Shown: one piece after another, positions 48,605 through 57,593 of the stretch
Position numbering within the stretch: position 1 is the stretch's first letter
Layout: each line of letters starts with the position of its first letter
Source of the DNA: an uncultured Anaerolineales bacterium
GTDB taxonomy: Bacteria; Chloroflexota; Anaerolineae; UBA1429
Assembly (NCBI GenBank): GCA_964567975.1
Contig: CAZMOW010000002.1
Span: forward strand, 1,519 to 65,518
Direction of reading: 5' to 3'
Length of the DNA: 64,000 bases
Notes under the pieces: generated by a model
Seen by the model: only the letters and a program-made list of their open reading frames with translations
The model's database searches: none
What the model was told of the DNA's origin: nothing
Translations under genes and position numbers: made by a program

Positions 48605-49108
48605 TTACTCGCGAAAGTGAAAGGCCATCTCTCCCGAGGAGGACGGTGTATAATATGCATACAACGGTTCTTCCCCCTCCGAACGGGAAAGGAGGCGCGG
48701 CAGGAGCATGGGGAGATCGGGCACCATCTCTGACCAGGGGAGGCGATCCAGGGGATACCATCTCAACTCTCCCTCGGCACTGGTGCCAAGGTCGGCCGAC
48801 GGAAGCTTGCCCACAAAGGCAAATAGGATTACCCCTAAATTGGACGTACCGCACACGTGAACGATACCCCGCAAGGAGAGGTCGCTTGCCTCACGACCCG
48901 CCTCCTCGCGAGTTTCGCGGTGTGCACTGGACAGGATGTCCTCCCCCGCCTCTACATGTCCCCCCAGGCCATTTAATTTCCCCGGCCAGGGCCGTTTCTC
49001 CGCGCCACGGCGTATAAGCAACAGGTTCCTATCATGAGTGAGGAAACTCAGTGTGCGGGGAATGACACCGTAGCGCATGCTCGTCGCGTGCTGCTCTCGC
49101 CATCGCAT
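48605..49108 (-). CDS. NUDIX hydrolase
   Basis: Nudix box GLGGHVEAGEDILSSAHRETREEAG. AAGGAG RBS precedes the ATG at 49108. Confidence 0.75.
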   Translation of the reverse strand: MRWREQHATSMRYGVIPRTLSFLTHDRNLLLIRRGAEKRPWPGKLNGLGGHVEAGEDILSSAHRETREEAGREASDLSLRGIVHVCGTSNLGVILFAFVGKLPSADLGTSAEGELRWYPLDRLPWSEMVPDLPMLLPRLLSRSEGEEPLYAYYTPSSSGEMAFHFRE

Positions 49109-49308
49109 GCCGGGCTCCTTTGCTCCACGATCGTATCTCAAAGGGCCACTCTTTATTGTAGCACAGAGGGCACGGAGGCCAAAACTCCAACATTCCTTTT
49201 TGACGCTCTTTGCTGTGCAGGGTAAGATAGCGGGCGATGCTAGCATGTAGCGGGAACGTTCCGTATCCTAAATTCGCACGTGATCACGGGAATGGAAAGG
49301 CCACACCC

Positions 49309-50832
49309 ATGCGAGATCGCCCTGTCGCGATTTTGTTTCTGATTCTGAGCTTGCTCCTTGTTTTCCCCCGCGTCGCCAGTGCCGATATGCTGGATCGGAC
49401 CACCTATGATCCGATGTTTATCTATACTCTCCTCTCCTGGCTCATGCCTTTGGGCATCGCGCTGGTCGCCATCGGGCTCAGCGCGCCCGAGAGGACGCGC
49501 CGCGTCATCACCTCGCTGCCCCTGGCCCTGGCCGTCGCGCTAATCGCTTATACCCTCTGCGGATATGCTTTTCAGTTCGGCGGTGTGGGATTGATTTCCG
49601 ACGATCCCGATGTGGCGGCGCTCATCGCCGAGTGGTCCCCCCTGGATCGGCGCCTGGGACCCGGGTGGGGGTTGCTAGGCTTGAGGGGCTTTTTTTTCAC
49701 GCCGGATAGCAGCACGGCCACGGAACGCCTGCTCTTTGTCGCACAGTTGGCCTTTCTCACCACCTCGGTGCTCATTCCTCTGATCACCCTCTATGAACGC
49801 GTTCATGGTCTGGCACGTTTTTCCCTGGCCTTGCTGGCCGCCTTCTTTTGCTATCCCCTGATGGGGAACTGGGTGTATGGCGGCGGTTGGCTTTCGCAGC
49901 TGGGGGAGACGCTGGACTGGGGACAGGGTTTCATAGACCATGGCCTGGCCTCGGCTCATCTCGTCGGCGGTGGACTGGCCCTCGCGGGGCTCATGGCCTT
50001 CCGGCATCGCCCAGGGGAAGCGGAGGATGAGGACGCGCCCCAATTGCCCCCAACTCATCTGCCCCTCATGTTGCTTGTCGGCGCTTTTCTGGCCCTCCTG
50101 GGGTGGATGGCCGCCGTGCTCTCCTTCCCTCTGGCTGAGGCATCGGGGTCCCCCTGGATCCTCTTTCTGAACGTCCTGTGGGGCGTGGCGGGTGCCGTTT
50201 TCGGTTCCCTCTTTTATGGCTGGCTTGTCCGTGGAGAGGCGGATCCCGGTCTGACGGCGCGGGGGATGCTGGCAGGCCAGATCGCCGTCAGCGCCGGGGT
50301 TTTGCTCTTTTCCCCGTGGCAGGCCGTCCTCGTCGGTTTCGTGAGCGGGTTGCTCCTGGCACCCGTGATGTACCTTGTGGAGCATATCTGGGGATTGGAA
50401 GACCCGAGCGCTGCCGTCAGCGTGCACGGCTTTTGTGCGCTTGTCGGCATCCTGGCCGCTGGCTTGGTCGCATCCTTTGGCGCGGGGGAGGCGCAGCAGC
50501 TATACGCCCAGCTCGTTGGCGTGGGATCCCTCCTGTGCCTTTCGTTCCTGTTGCCCGGTGCGCTGTTGGTGCTCATGGTGCGCCTGCAGACCCTGCCTGA
50601 GGAACTTGAGGAGCGGGCAAGGGAACGCGCCCTGGCCCTCGAGCGAGAGCGCGCCGCTCAAGAACGCTTGAGGCAACAGGGCTTGTCCCTGACCCTGTGG
50701 CAGAGGGTGCGCATGGGCTATCTGCATGTCGTCGCCGCCCCCTCCAGGAGGCTGGCCAAGAGATCGCGGCTGGCCGCGCGAGAGAGGGGTGCGCGGCGCG
50801 TTTCTGGGGCACGTGCCGTGCAGGAGCGTTAG
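49309..50832 (+). CDS. Divergent Amt/MEP/Rh-like ammonium-channel family membrane protein with charged C-terminal tail
   Basis: About 11 TM helices. DHGLASAHLVGGGLALAG and VHGFCALVGILAAGL resemble the twin-His regions of Amt. The C-terminal ~90 aa are Arg/Glu-rich and helical. The assignment is tentative. Confidence 0.45.
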   Translation: MRDRPVAILFLILSLLLVFPRVASADMLDRTTYDPMFIYTLLSWLMPLGIALVAIGLSAPERTRRVITSLPLALAVALIAYTLCGYAFQFGGVGLISDDPDVAALIAEWSPLDRRLGPGWGLLGLRGFFFTPDSSTATERLLFVAQLAFLTTSVLIPLITLYERVHGLARFSLALLAAFFCYPLMGNWVYGGGWLSQLGETLDWGQGFIDHGLASAHLVGGGLALAGLMAFRHRPGEAEDEDAPQLPPTHLPLMLLVGAFLALLGWMAAVLSFPLAEASGSPWILFLNVLWGVAGAVFGSLFYGWLVRGEADPGLTARGMLAGQIAVSAGVLLFSPWQAVLVGFVSGLLLAPVMYLVEHIWGLEDPSAAVSVHGFCALVGILAAGLVASFGAGEAQQLYAQLVGVGSLLCLSFLLPGALLVLMVRLQTLPEELEERARERALALERERAAQERLRQQGLSLTLWQRVRMGYLHVVAAPSRRLAKRSRLAARERGARRVSGARAVQER

Positions 50833-51422
50833 CTCTCCTGCCCCTCCAGGGCGATGTGGCAAAGCTCCGTATAGACGGCCCCCGTCGGCTGCAAGTCGCT
50901 CTTCATGACGCTCACGGCGTCCACCTGCATTCCTCCTATCTCCTCGCGCGGGGCCTCCTTCGCTATCTGGCCCAGGGCCCTGACGTCCTCGGAGCGTGCC
51001 CCCCTTTGGATGCGGGCGAGGGTCAGATGGGGAGTAAAGTCGTGCCGTTCCTCGGGGAACCCCAGGGCCACGATCTCGTGCTCCACCGCCTGCTGCAGGT
51101 CGCATAGCGCGTCCACCTCTCCCCCTACGCCGGCCCAGAGAACGCGAGGACGTCTGGTGTTGGGAAAGCACCCCAGACCCGCTATGGCCACAGAGAAGGG
51201 CTCATGTCCCTCGCACGCGCGCCGTACCCCCTCGCAGACCTGATCCACTTTTTCTTCTGGTATATCTCCCAGAAACTTGAGGGTCAGGTGGATGCTCTCC
51301 TTCCTTACCCACCGCCCGGCTTTGCCTCCCTGGGCCTGCTTGAGGCGATCCTGCAATTTCCCCAGTGCACTGAGAGCCTTTTCTGTGAGTTCGATGGCGA
51401 TAAAGGTTCGAATAGAGGCCAT
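50829..51422 (-). CDS. thpR: RNA 2',3'-cyclic phosphodiesterase (2H phosphoesterase, ThpR/LigT)
   Basis: Two HxT/Sx motifs (HLTLKFLG and HLTLAR). Confidence 0.8.
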   Translation of the reverse strand: MASIRTFIAIELTEKALSALGKLQDRLKQAQGGKAGRWVRKESIHLTLKFLGDIPEEKVDQVCEGVRRACEGHEPFSVAIAGLGCFPNTRRPRVLWAGVGGEVDALCDLQQAVEHEIVALGFPEERHDFTPHLTLARIQRGARSEDVRALGQIAKEAPREEIGGMQVDAVSVMKSDLQPTGAVYTELCHIALEGQES

Positions 51423-51440
51423 GGATGACTCCTTTCTCCT

Positions 51441-52277
51441 TCAGATCAACAGATCGATGGCATTCTCGCCCAACACCCTTTGCCGCGTTTCGGACTTGAG
51501 ACTCGCGTTTTCCATGTAACGCAAAAAGCGCTGTGGTTCGACAAGGGGATAGTCACTGCCGAAAAGGATCTTGTCCGGGATCCACCGCGTAACGTGTTTG
51601 AAGATGCTCGCCTCATAGAGGTAAGGTGAGGCGGCCGTGTCATAGTAAACGTTTCGCAACGCATCGCGGACCTCGGGCATCAGCTCGTAAAAGGGCAATC
51701 CCCCTCCCCAATGGGCCAATATGATGACGTTGTCCGGATAGCGTTTGGCCAGGGCGAGGGCTTCCCGTGGTCCCTGCGTTCCCTTGCCGGCGTACATGTG
51801 CCCCACCGGTTCATTGACGTGAAACAATACCGGTACCTCAAACTCCTTTGCCGAACGCATGAGGGGCGTCAGGAGGTCGAAATCCGTCACGGTGAACCCC
51901 TGCCCATCGGGCAATAGTTCGCCGATTCCCCTGGCCCCCCGCTCCAGGCAGCGGCGTGCTTCCCGCACGGCCTCTCTGCCGGCGCGGGGGGATACCTGAA
52001 CAAAGGGTATCAGGCGCCCTTTGTGTTCGGCCGCGGCGTCCAGTATATACTCGTTACAGGCCCGACACAGGGCCAGATCCGCAAAGGCGAAACCAAAGGT
52101 GACAGCCCTTTCGACGCCCCCCTGGTTCATGGCTTTCAACAGATCGTCCGCCTCGGCCATGGGCGCTTGGGGATCGGCATATAGCTGATCAAACCAGTGG
52201 TCGTATTCCCGATATCTTTGGCGCCCGGCGATGATATCGGGAGGAAAGATGTGGGTGTGACAGTCGATTATTCGCAT
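51441..52277 (-). CDS. Amidohydrolase-2 family metal-dependent hydrolase (TIM barrel)
   Basis: N-terminus MRIIDCHTHIF (HxH), with conserved H and D positions downstream. Confidence 0.7.
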   Translation of the reverse strand: MRIIDCHTHIFPPDIIAGRQRYREYDHWFDQLYADPQAPMAEADDLLKAMNQGGVERAVTFGFAFADLALCRACNEYILDAAAEHKGRLIPFVQVSPRAGREAVREARRCLERGARGIGELLPDGQGFTVTDFDLLTPLMRSAKEFEVPVLFHVNEPVGHMYAGKGTQGPREALALAKRYPDNVIILAHWGGGLPFYELMPEVRDALRNVYYDTAASPYLYEASIFKHVTRWIPDKILFGSDYPLVEPQRFLRYMENASLKSETRQRVLGENAIDLLI

Positions 52278-52352
52278 GCTTTCATTCTCCCTTGGCTGTG
52301 GCGCGTTGTCAAGTTTCTGGACAGGCGACCGCATTCACGGTATAGTTGTCGT

Positions 52353-53375
52353 ATGAACGTGCGACTCGTGCACAATCCGGTAGCTGGTCAACACGATGTG
52401 GAAGAACCCCTGCGGCAGGTTGTTGATTTTCTCGAATCTCAGGGGTGGGAAGTCTCTATATCCCGCACGCGCGGGTCGGGGGACGCCACGCTCTATGCAC
52501 GCGAGGCTGCGGCTGAGGGTAGCGACCTCGTGGTGGCCGTCGGTGGCGACGGTACGTTAGGGGAGGTGGCCACGGGCCTCGCGAGATCCAATACTGCGCT
52601 GGGTGTTCTGCCGGTGGGGACGGGCAACGTCTGGGCGCATATGTTGGGGATTCCCATATGGACCCCCAATCGCCGTTCGGCGTTATTGGAAGCGGCGCGT
52701 ATATTGGTGGAGGGCAAGAGGGTCACCATCGATTTGGGCCAGGTGGGGGATCGCTACTTTGTCCTGTGGACGGGTGTGGGGCTCGACGCGCAGATCGCCC
52801 ATGACGTGGAACCCTACCGGGAGCTTCGCCGCCAACTCGGCAATCTACCCTATGTCATATCCGCTATCAGCCTCGGCCTGCAGTTGCGTGGCACCCAGAT
52901 GAGCGTTTCCGTGGATGGGGAGACCGTGCAACAGCGGGCCATTCTCGTTTTGGTGACCAATGTGCAGCTTTATGGAGCCTGGCGCGTCGCTCCTCAGGCA
53001 AAACTGGACGATGCCCTATTGGAGGTATATATTGCCAGGGGAGGAAGTGCATTGGATGTGGCGCGGCACGCGATCTCTGTACTGCGGGGCAAGCAGTTGG
53101 AGAACCCCGAGATCGACGTGTATCGTGGGAGACAGATAACCGTACGCGGCGAGAAGGCCTTGCCCGTGCATGTGGATGGCGATCCGGCGGGATACACGCC
53201 GGTCACGATCTCGGTGGCGGCCAAGGCTTTACAGGTTGTCGTCCCTTCGCGGGGTACCGAATCCCTGTTTGAGGGTTTTGAGTCCTCCGATGAGAAGACA
53301 GTTCCTTTGAGGCAACGCATCCTGGATGATCTACGCCAGGAGGGGGAACGTTTTCTGGGGATGGAGGAGAGCTGA
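52353..53375 (+). CDS. Diacylglycerol kinase catalytic domain lipid kinase (YegS/BmrU family)
   Basis: N-terminus VHNPVAGQ...VAVGGDGTLGEV. Confidence 0.8.
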   Translation: MNVRLVHNPVAGQHDVEEPLRQVVDFLESQGWEVSISRTRGSGDATLYAREAAAEGSDLVVAVGGDGTLGEVATGLARSNTALGVLPVGTGNVWAHMLGIPIWTPNRRSALLEAARILVEGKRVTIDLGQVGDRYFVLWTGVGLDAQIAHDVEPYRELRRQLGNLPYVISAISLGLQLRGTQMSVSVDGETVQQRAILVLVTNVQLYGAWRVAPQAKLDDALLEVYIARGGSALDVARHAISVLRGKQLENPEIDVYRGRQITVRGEKALPVHVDGDPAGYTPVTISVAAKALQVVVPSRGTESLFEGFESSDEKTVPLRQRILDDLRQEGERFLGMEES

Positions 53376-53381
53376 GAGCGT

Positions 53382-53420
53382 GCCTTTTTGCCGTCTCGTG
53401 GGCGAAAAAGGCCTTTTTTG
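53382..53420 (+). terminator. Rho-independent terminator after the lipid kinase gene
   Basis: Stem gccttttt/aaaaaggc with an internal gcc/ggc extension, followed by a CUUUUUUG tract. Confidence 0.55.
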
Positions 53421-53445
53421 ACAGGAAAAAAGTCTGTGATACAAT
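53418..53445 (+). promoter_or_regulatory. Near-consensus sigma70 promoter (TTGACA-N16-TACAAT) upstream of the DRTGG/hydrogenase gene block
   Basis: Hexamers read directly from the sequence. An AT-rich UTR follows. Confidence 0.5.
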
Positions 53446-53511
53446 TCACAATGTCTGGGGATTAATTTATATAATCTTTTATCCTGGGATTTTAGCGAGT
53501 TGATGTGACAC

Positions 53512-53904
53512 ATGCTTTTGGAAAAAGTACGTTCCGTTCTTGATGGTAGGTCCGTCTCGCATGAGGTGGATATGACCCTTTATGTGGAGAATGGTAGCGC
53601 GGCGGATCTCATGAGCGACGTGCTGGCCATCAGCCATACGGATGCCCTGTTGCTGACTGGCCTGACCAATCCACAGGTGATCCGGACGGCAGAGATGGCG
53701 GACATCAAAGCTGTGGTCTTTGTACGGGGCAAGTATCCACCTCCTGAGACGATCGCCCTGGCGGAAGAGAAGGGAATTCCCCTTCTTTCCTCCCCCTATA
53801 CCATGTATGAGAGCTGTGGGCGCCTTTATCAGGCGGGGTTGAGGGGAAAAAAGATATCCGATCTGGCCGCCGAGAGATGGCGTCAGGCCTTTGATGAGGA
53901 TTAG
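53512..53904 (+). CDS. DRTGG domain protein
   Basis: 130-aa protein with the DRTGG-type fold pattern (LLLTGL...VVFVRG). Confidence 0.7.
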   Translation: MLLEKVRSVLDGRSVSHEVDMTLYVENGSAADLMSDVLAISHTDALLLTGLTNPQVIRTAEMADIKAVVFVRGKYPPPETIALAEEKGIPLLSSPYTMYESCGRLYQAGLRGKKISDLAAERWRQAFDED

Positions 53905-53977
53905 CCAGGAGCGGGGGCGTGATTTTTGTTGCCCACGCGCCAGTCTGGTGGTGAGACATTTGGGCGGGAGTTGACTT

Positions 53978-54892
53978 GTGGATCGGGTGACGTCAGAGTT
54001 TACCAAGGTCCAGGAGCTGATCTACGAGCTCAAAATTGAGCAGATCATGACCGAGGATGTCATCACCGTAACGCCCTATTGTTCCATACGTGAGTTGAGG
54101 CGCATTCTGCGTGAGCGGGGTATCTCTGGCGTGCCGGTGATGGAAGACGGCAGCCTCGTTGGCGTGATAGATTTGGAGGATGTGGTCAAGGCCTTGGAAG
54201 AGGGAGCCTTTACGGCCTCTGTGGCCGAGAGGATGACCACCAACGTGCAGACCGTACGGGCCGATGAGACGGTGGTAAAGGCGGTCAACCTTTTTAGCAT
54301 GTTCGACGTGGGACGCCTGCCCGTCGTCGATGCCAAGGGAGACCTCATCGGCATCCTGACCAAGGGCGATATCGTTCGTGGCCTGCTCTGGCAGATGGGC
54401 GTGCGCTGGCAGGCCGAGGAGATCGAGCACTATCGGGCCAGCCACATCTTTGAGGATATAGACTCGGACGAGACGACCTTGATCCTCAAGTACCATGTGG
54501 AGCCTCACGATTTTGTCAGCGGCGGTGAGGCTTCCAGCAAGATCAAGCGCGCCCTGAAACGCCTGGGAGCACATCCCAACATCGTGCGACGCGTTGCCCT
54601 GGCCTCGTATGAGGCAGAGATGAATGTGATGATTCATAGCAAAGGGGGAGAGATCGTCGCCCAGATAGGGACCGACCGCATAGAGATCACGACGACGGAT
54701 AAAGGACCCGGCATTCCCGACATCGAAAAGGCGTTGGAGCCGGGCTTTTCTACGGCACCGGACTGGATTCGCGAGTTGGGTTTTGGGGCTGGTATGGGCT
54801 TGAGCAATATCAAAGCGTGTTCGGATGAGATGCACCTGGAGTCCGAGGTGGGAGTCGGCACGCGATTGCGGATAATCTTTGAGCTGGAATAG
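53978..54892 (+). CDS. CBS-pair domain protein fused to HATPase_c (RsbW/anti-sigma-factor-type Ser kinase-like GHKL ATPase)
   Basis: Two CBS motifs (GVPVMEDGSLVGVID and RLPVVDAKGDLIGILT). C-terminal GHKL N, G1 and G2 boxes (GFGAGMGL). Confidence 0.75.
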   Translation: MDRVTSEFTKVQELIYELKIEQIMTEDVITVTPYCSIRELRRILRERGISGVPVMEDGSLVGVIDLEDVVKALEEGAFTASVAERMTTNVQTVRADETVVKAVNLFSMFDVGRLPVVDAKGDLIGILTKGDIVRGLLWQMGVRWQAEEIEHYRASHIFEDIDSDETTLILKYHVEPHDFVSGGEASSKIKRALKRLGAHPNIVRRVALASYEAEMNVMIHSKGGEIVAQIGTDRIEITTTDKGPGIPDIEKALEPGFSTAPDWIRELGFGAGMGLSNIKACSDEMHLESEVGVGTRLRIIFELE

Positions 54893-54908
54893 CTACTAAA
54901 GGAGCAAG

Positions 54909-55268
54909 GTGACAGTTCAAGAGATCGTTGAGGCACTGGAACTAAAAGTCGTCGCTGGCACATCTGGCCTGCACAGGGAGGTCACGGGGGGCTATGCCTC
55001 GGACCTGTTGAGCTGTGTGATAGCGGGCGCCAGCGAGGGGAATATCTGGGTCACTTTGCAGGCCCATCCTAACATCGTCGCCGTGGCCGATTTGCTGGAG
55101 TTGGCGTGCATCATCGTCAGCGAGGGTATGGAACCCGATGAGGAGACATTGGGACGGGCGAATGAGAGCGATATGCCTATCCTGCTTTCCGAGGAGAGTA
55201 CCTTTACCCTGGTTGGTAAGTTGTTCCAACGGGGCGTTCGCGAGTCGGAGGATGCGGGTCAGGCGTAG
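54909..55268 (+). CDS. DRTGG domain protein (second copy)
   Basis: 119 aa, paralogous in pattern to the 53512 gene. Confidence 0.7.
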   Translation: MTVQEIVEALELKVVAGTSGLHREVTGGYASDLLSCVIAGASEGNIWVTLQAHPNIVAVADLLELACIIVSEGMEPDEETLGRANESDMPILLSEESTFTLVGKLFQRGVRESEDAGQA

Positions 55269-55271
55269 GGT

Positions 55272-56012
55272 ATGCAGGCCCTGTTGGCGGATCTACACGT
55301 ACACACGGTCCTGTCACCCTGTGCAGAAATCGAGATGATTCCCCCCCTCATCATCAAGAGGGGGCAGGCTCTGGGACTGGATATGATCGCCATCACGGAT
55401 CACAATGCGGCAGGGAACGTCGTGGCCGTGGAGCGTGCGGCGGAGGGTACTGGCATCACCATCATTCCTGGCATGGAATTGCAGACGCGGGAAGAGGTGC
55501 ACCTGGTGTGTCTTTTTGGCACCACGGACCAGGCGCTTTCCTGGCAGGAGGTGGTATTCGCACATCTTCCAGAGAGAAAGAACGAACCGAAATTCTTTGG
55601 TGTGCAGCTCCTTGTCGATGAGACGGGCGATCTGCTGGATAGAAACGAGCGGTTGCTGTTGACGTCGGTCGATCTGTCCATCGACGAGGCGGTCGACAAG
55701 GTGCGCGACTTGGGGGGATTACCCATCGCCGCACACGTGGATCGGCGCGCTTACGGCCTGTTGGCTAATCTGGGCATGGTGCCGGTAGGGTTGAACGTGG
55801 CGGCTCTGGAGCTTTCAAGACAAAGCGCTCCAGAGGATTTTTTGAGCGCACACAAAGAGTTGCGGGGGTGGCCCGTTATCGTGTCGAGCGACGCGCACCG
55901 CTTGAGCGAACTGGCTGTCACTATGCGCTTTCAGGTGCAAGAGCCCTCCGTTCGCGAAATCGAGTTGGCTTTACGGCAGAAAGAGGGGCGCCGGGCCGAG
56001 ATGTTGGTCTGA
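55272..56012 (+). CDS. PHP domain (polymerase/histidinol phosphatase-like) metal-dependent phosphoesterase
   Basis: N-terminus DLHVHTVLSPCAE, with AITDHN and further His/Asp metal ligands. Confidence 0.75.
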   Translation: MQALLADLHVHTVLSPCAEIEMIPPLIIKRGQALGLDMIAITDHNAAGNVVAVERAAEGTGITIIPGMELQTREEVHLVCLFGTTDQALSWQEVVFAHLPERKNEPKFFGVQLLVDETGDLLDRNERLLLTSVDLSIDEAVDKVRDLGGLPIAAHVDRRAYGLLANLGMVPVGLNVAALELSRQSAPEDFLSAHKELRGWPVIVSSDAHRLSELAVTMRFQVQEPSVREIELALRQKEGRRAEMLV

Positions 56013-56088
56013 CTGCAACAGGGAGATCCCGCCCGGTTGGTTTTTGGAGGTACGTAGAGATGATCATACATTTGTTGGAGGAATTGAC

Positions 56089-56583
56089 GTGGTAGCAGAC
56101 GTTACAGAGACTGAGACCCATGAGGAAGAACTGGATTTGGCCCCTCTTGACGAGGCGCTGGATGGGTATGCAGAAGGTGAGGGAACGTTGATCGCCGCAC
56201 TTCAGACAGCCCAGGAGCTATACGGCTATCTTCCGGAATGCACCCTGCGACTTATTTCCGAGCGGCTCGATGCATCCCTGAGTCAGGTCTATGAGGTGGC
56301 CACTTTTTATGCCCAGTTCTACTTGGAACGAAGAGGACGACACATAGTGCGCGTCTGTGACGGTACGGCGTGTCACGTTCGCGGGGCGCCCAAAATCATC
56401 AGGGCCCTGGAACGGGAGTTGGGTATCGAGGCGGGGGAGACGACGCCCGATTATCGGGTGACCCTGGAAATGGTTTACTGTTTGGGATCCTGTGGACTCT
56501 CGCCCGTCGCCGTTATCGATGGCGACGTGATTGGTCGGCTGGTTCCCGAAAAGGCTGTGGAGTTGGTGAACGAACTGGAATAA
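56089..56583 (+). CDS. hoxE: NuoE/HoxE-like thioredoxin-fold [2Fe-2S] diaphorase subunit
   Basis: Four Cys ligands of the NuoE type (CDGTAC...CLGSC). GTG start with a GGAGGA RBS. An alternative TTG start lies at 56044. Confidence 0.8.
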   Translation: MVADVTETETHEEELDLAPLDEALDGYAEGEGTLIAALQTAQELYGYLPECTLRLISERLDASLSQVYEVATFYAQFYLERRGRHIVRVCDGTACHVRGAPKIIRALERELGIEAGETTPDYRVTLEMVYCLGSCGLSPVAVIDGDVIGRLVPEKAVELVNELE

Positions 56584-57149
56584 TGCTTGAGCTCTCGCTT
56601 CACATCCTGGACCTTTTGCAGAATGCCTTGGAGGCGGGAGCGACCTATATCGAACTCGAGATTGTGGAGAATATCGCGCAGAATCGCCTATCCATATCTG
56701 TGGAGGATAACGGGCGAGGAATGGATAAAGAAGCCCTGGTCCGTATCGATGATCCTTTCTTCACCACGCGCGAGACCAGGCGCGTGGGGTTGGGGATCCC
56801 GTTGCTCAAGGCGGCCGCCAGGCGTTGTAACGGCGATGTGGAGGTCATATCAAAAGTGGGGGTGGGGACGCGCGTGGAGGCGAACTTTGAGAGGGAGCAT
56901 ATCGACAGGGCGCCTCTGGGCGATATGGTCAGCACCCTGTTGGGTTTCATCTTGACGTCTCCAGCAGATGGGAAAATGTGTGATATTCGCTATACCCATC
57001 GCCTCGACGGGCGGACTTTTACTTTTGATACGCGAGAAATACGAGAGGTCTTGGGGGATGTTCCCTTGACGCACCCTCGCGTTCGCCGGTGGATGGAAGC
57101 TTTTCTGCAGCAGGGGTTCGCTGATTTGCGTCGAGCCCCCTCTTTTTGA
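56583..57149 (+). CDS. HATPase_c-only ATP-binding protein (GHKL ATPase)
   Basis: N box E..DNG.G and G boxes GLGIPL. Start overlaps the hoxE stop (TAATG). Confidence 0.65.
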   Translation: MLELSLHILDLLQNALEAGATYIELEIVENIAQNRLSISVEDNGRGMDKEALVRIDDPFFTTRETRRVGLGIPLLKAAARRCNGDVEVISKVGVGTRVEANFEREHIDRAPLGDMVSTLLGFILTSPADGKMCDIRYTHRLDGRTFTFDTREIREVLGDVPLTHPRVRRWMEAFLQQGFADLRRAPSF

Positions 57150-57217
57150 TACGGTTTTATCAGAGCGGGCAGAATATACTCGAGCTTGTTTAGTGCGTTT
57201 CTAGTAGGAGATGAGAT

Positions 57218-57592
57218 ATGCCCAGATTGGAATCATTAGAAGATTTGCGTGCCTTGCGCACCGAGGTGCAGGAGGAGATGACGGTTCGTGGAGAGACGGA
57301 AACCGCTATCACGGTGGGTATGGGCACGTGTGGTATCGCGGCGGGCGCCCGAGAGACGATGCGCGCGATCCTCAGAGAGTTGGAGGACAGGGATATTGAC
57401 GCCCACGTAAAGACGGTGGGTTGCATCGGCATGTGCGCCAATGAACCGTTGGTGGACATCAAGCAGGGTGACGAGCCGAGGATAACCTATGGAAACTTGA
57501 CAGCGGCCAAGGTTCCTCAGTTAATAGAGGAACACCTGATCAAGGGGAACGTCGTTGAGGACTGGGTATTGGGTAGATTGCGGGAAGCGTAA
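57218..57592 (+). CDS. Thioredoxin-like [2Fe-2S] ferredoxin (HndB-like)
   Basis: Cys pattern GMGTCGIAAG...GCIGMCANEP. TAGGAGA RBS. Confidence 0.75.
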   Translation: MPRLESLEDLRALRTEVQEEMTVRGETETAITVGMGTCGIAAGARETMRAILRELEDRDIDAHVKTVGCIGMCANEPLVDIKQGDEPRITYGNLTAAKVPQLIEEHLIKGNVVEDWVLGRLREA

Positions 57593-57593
57593 G

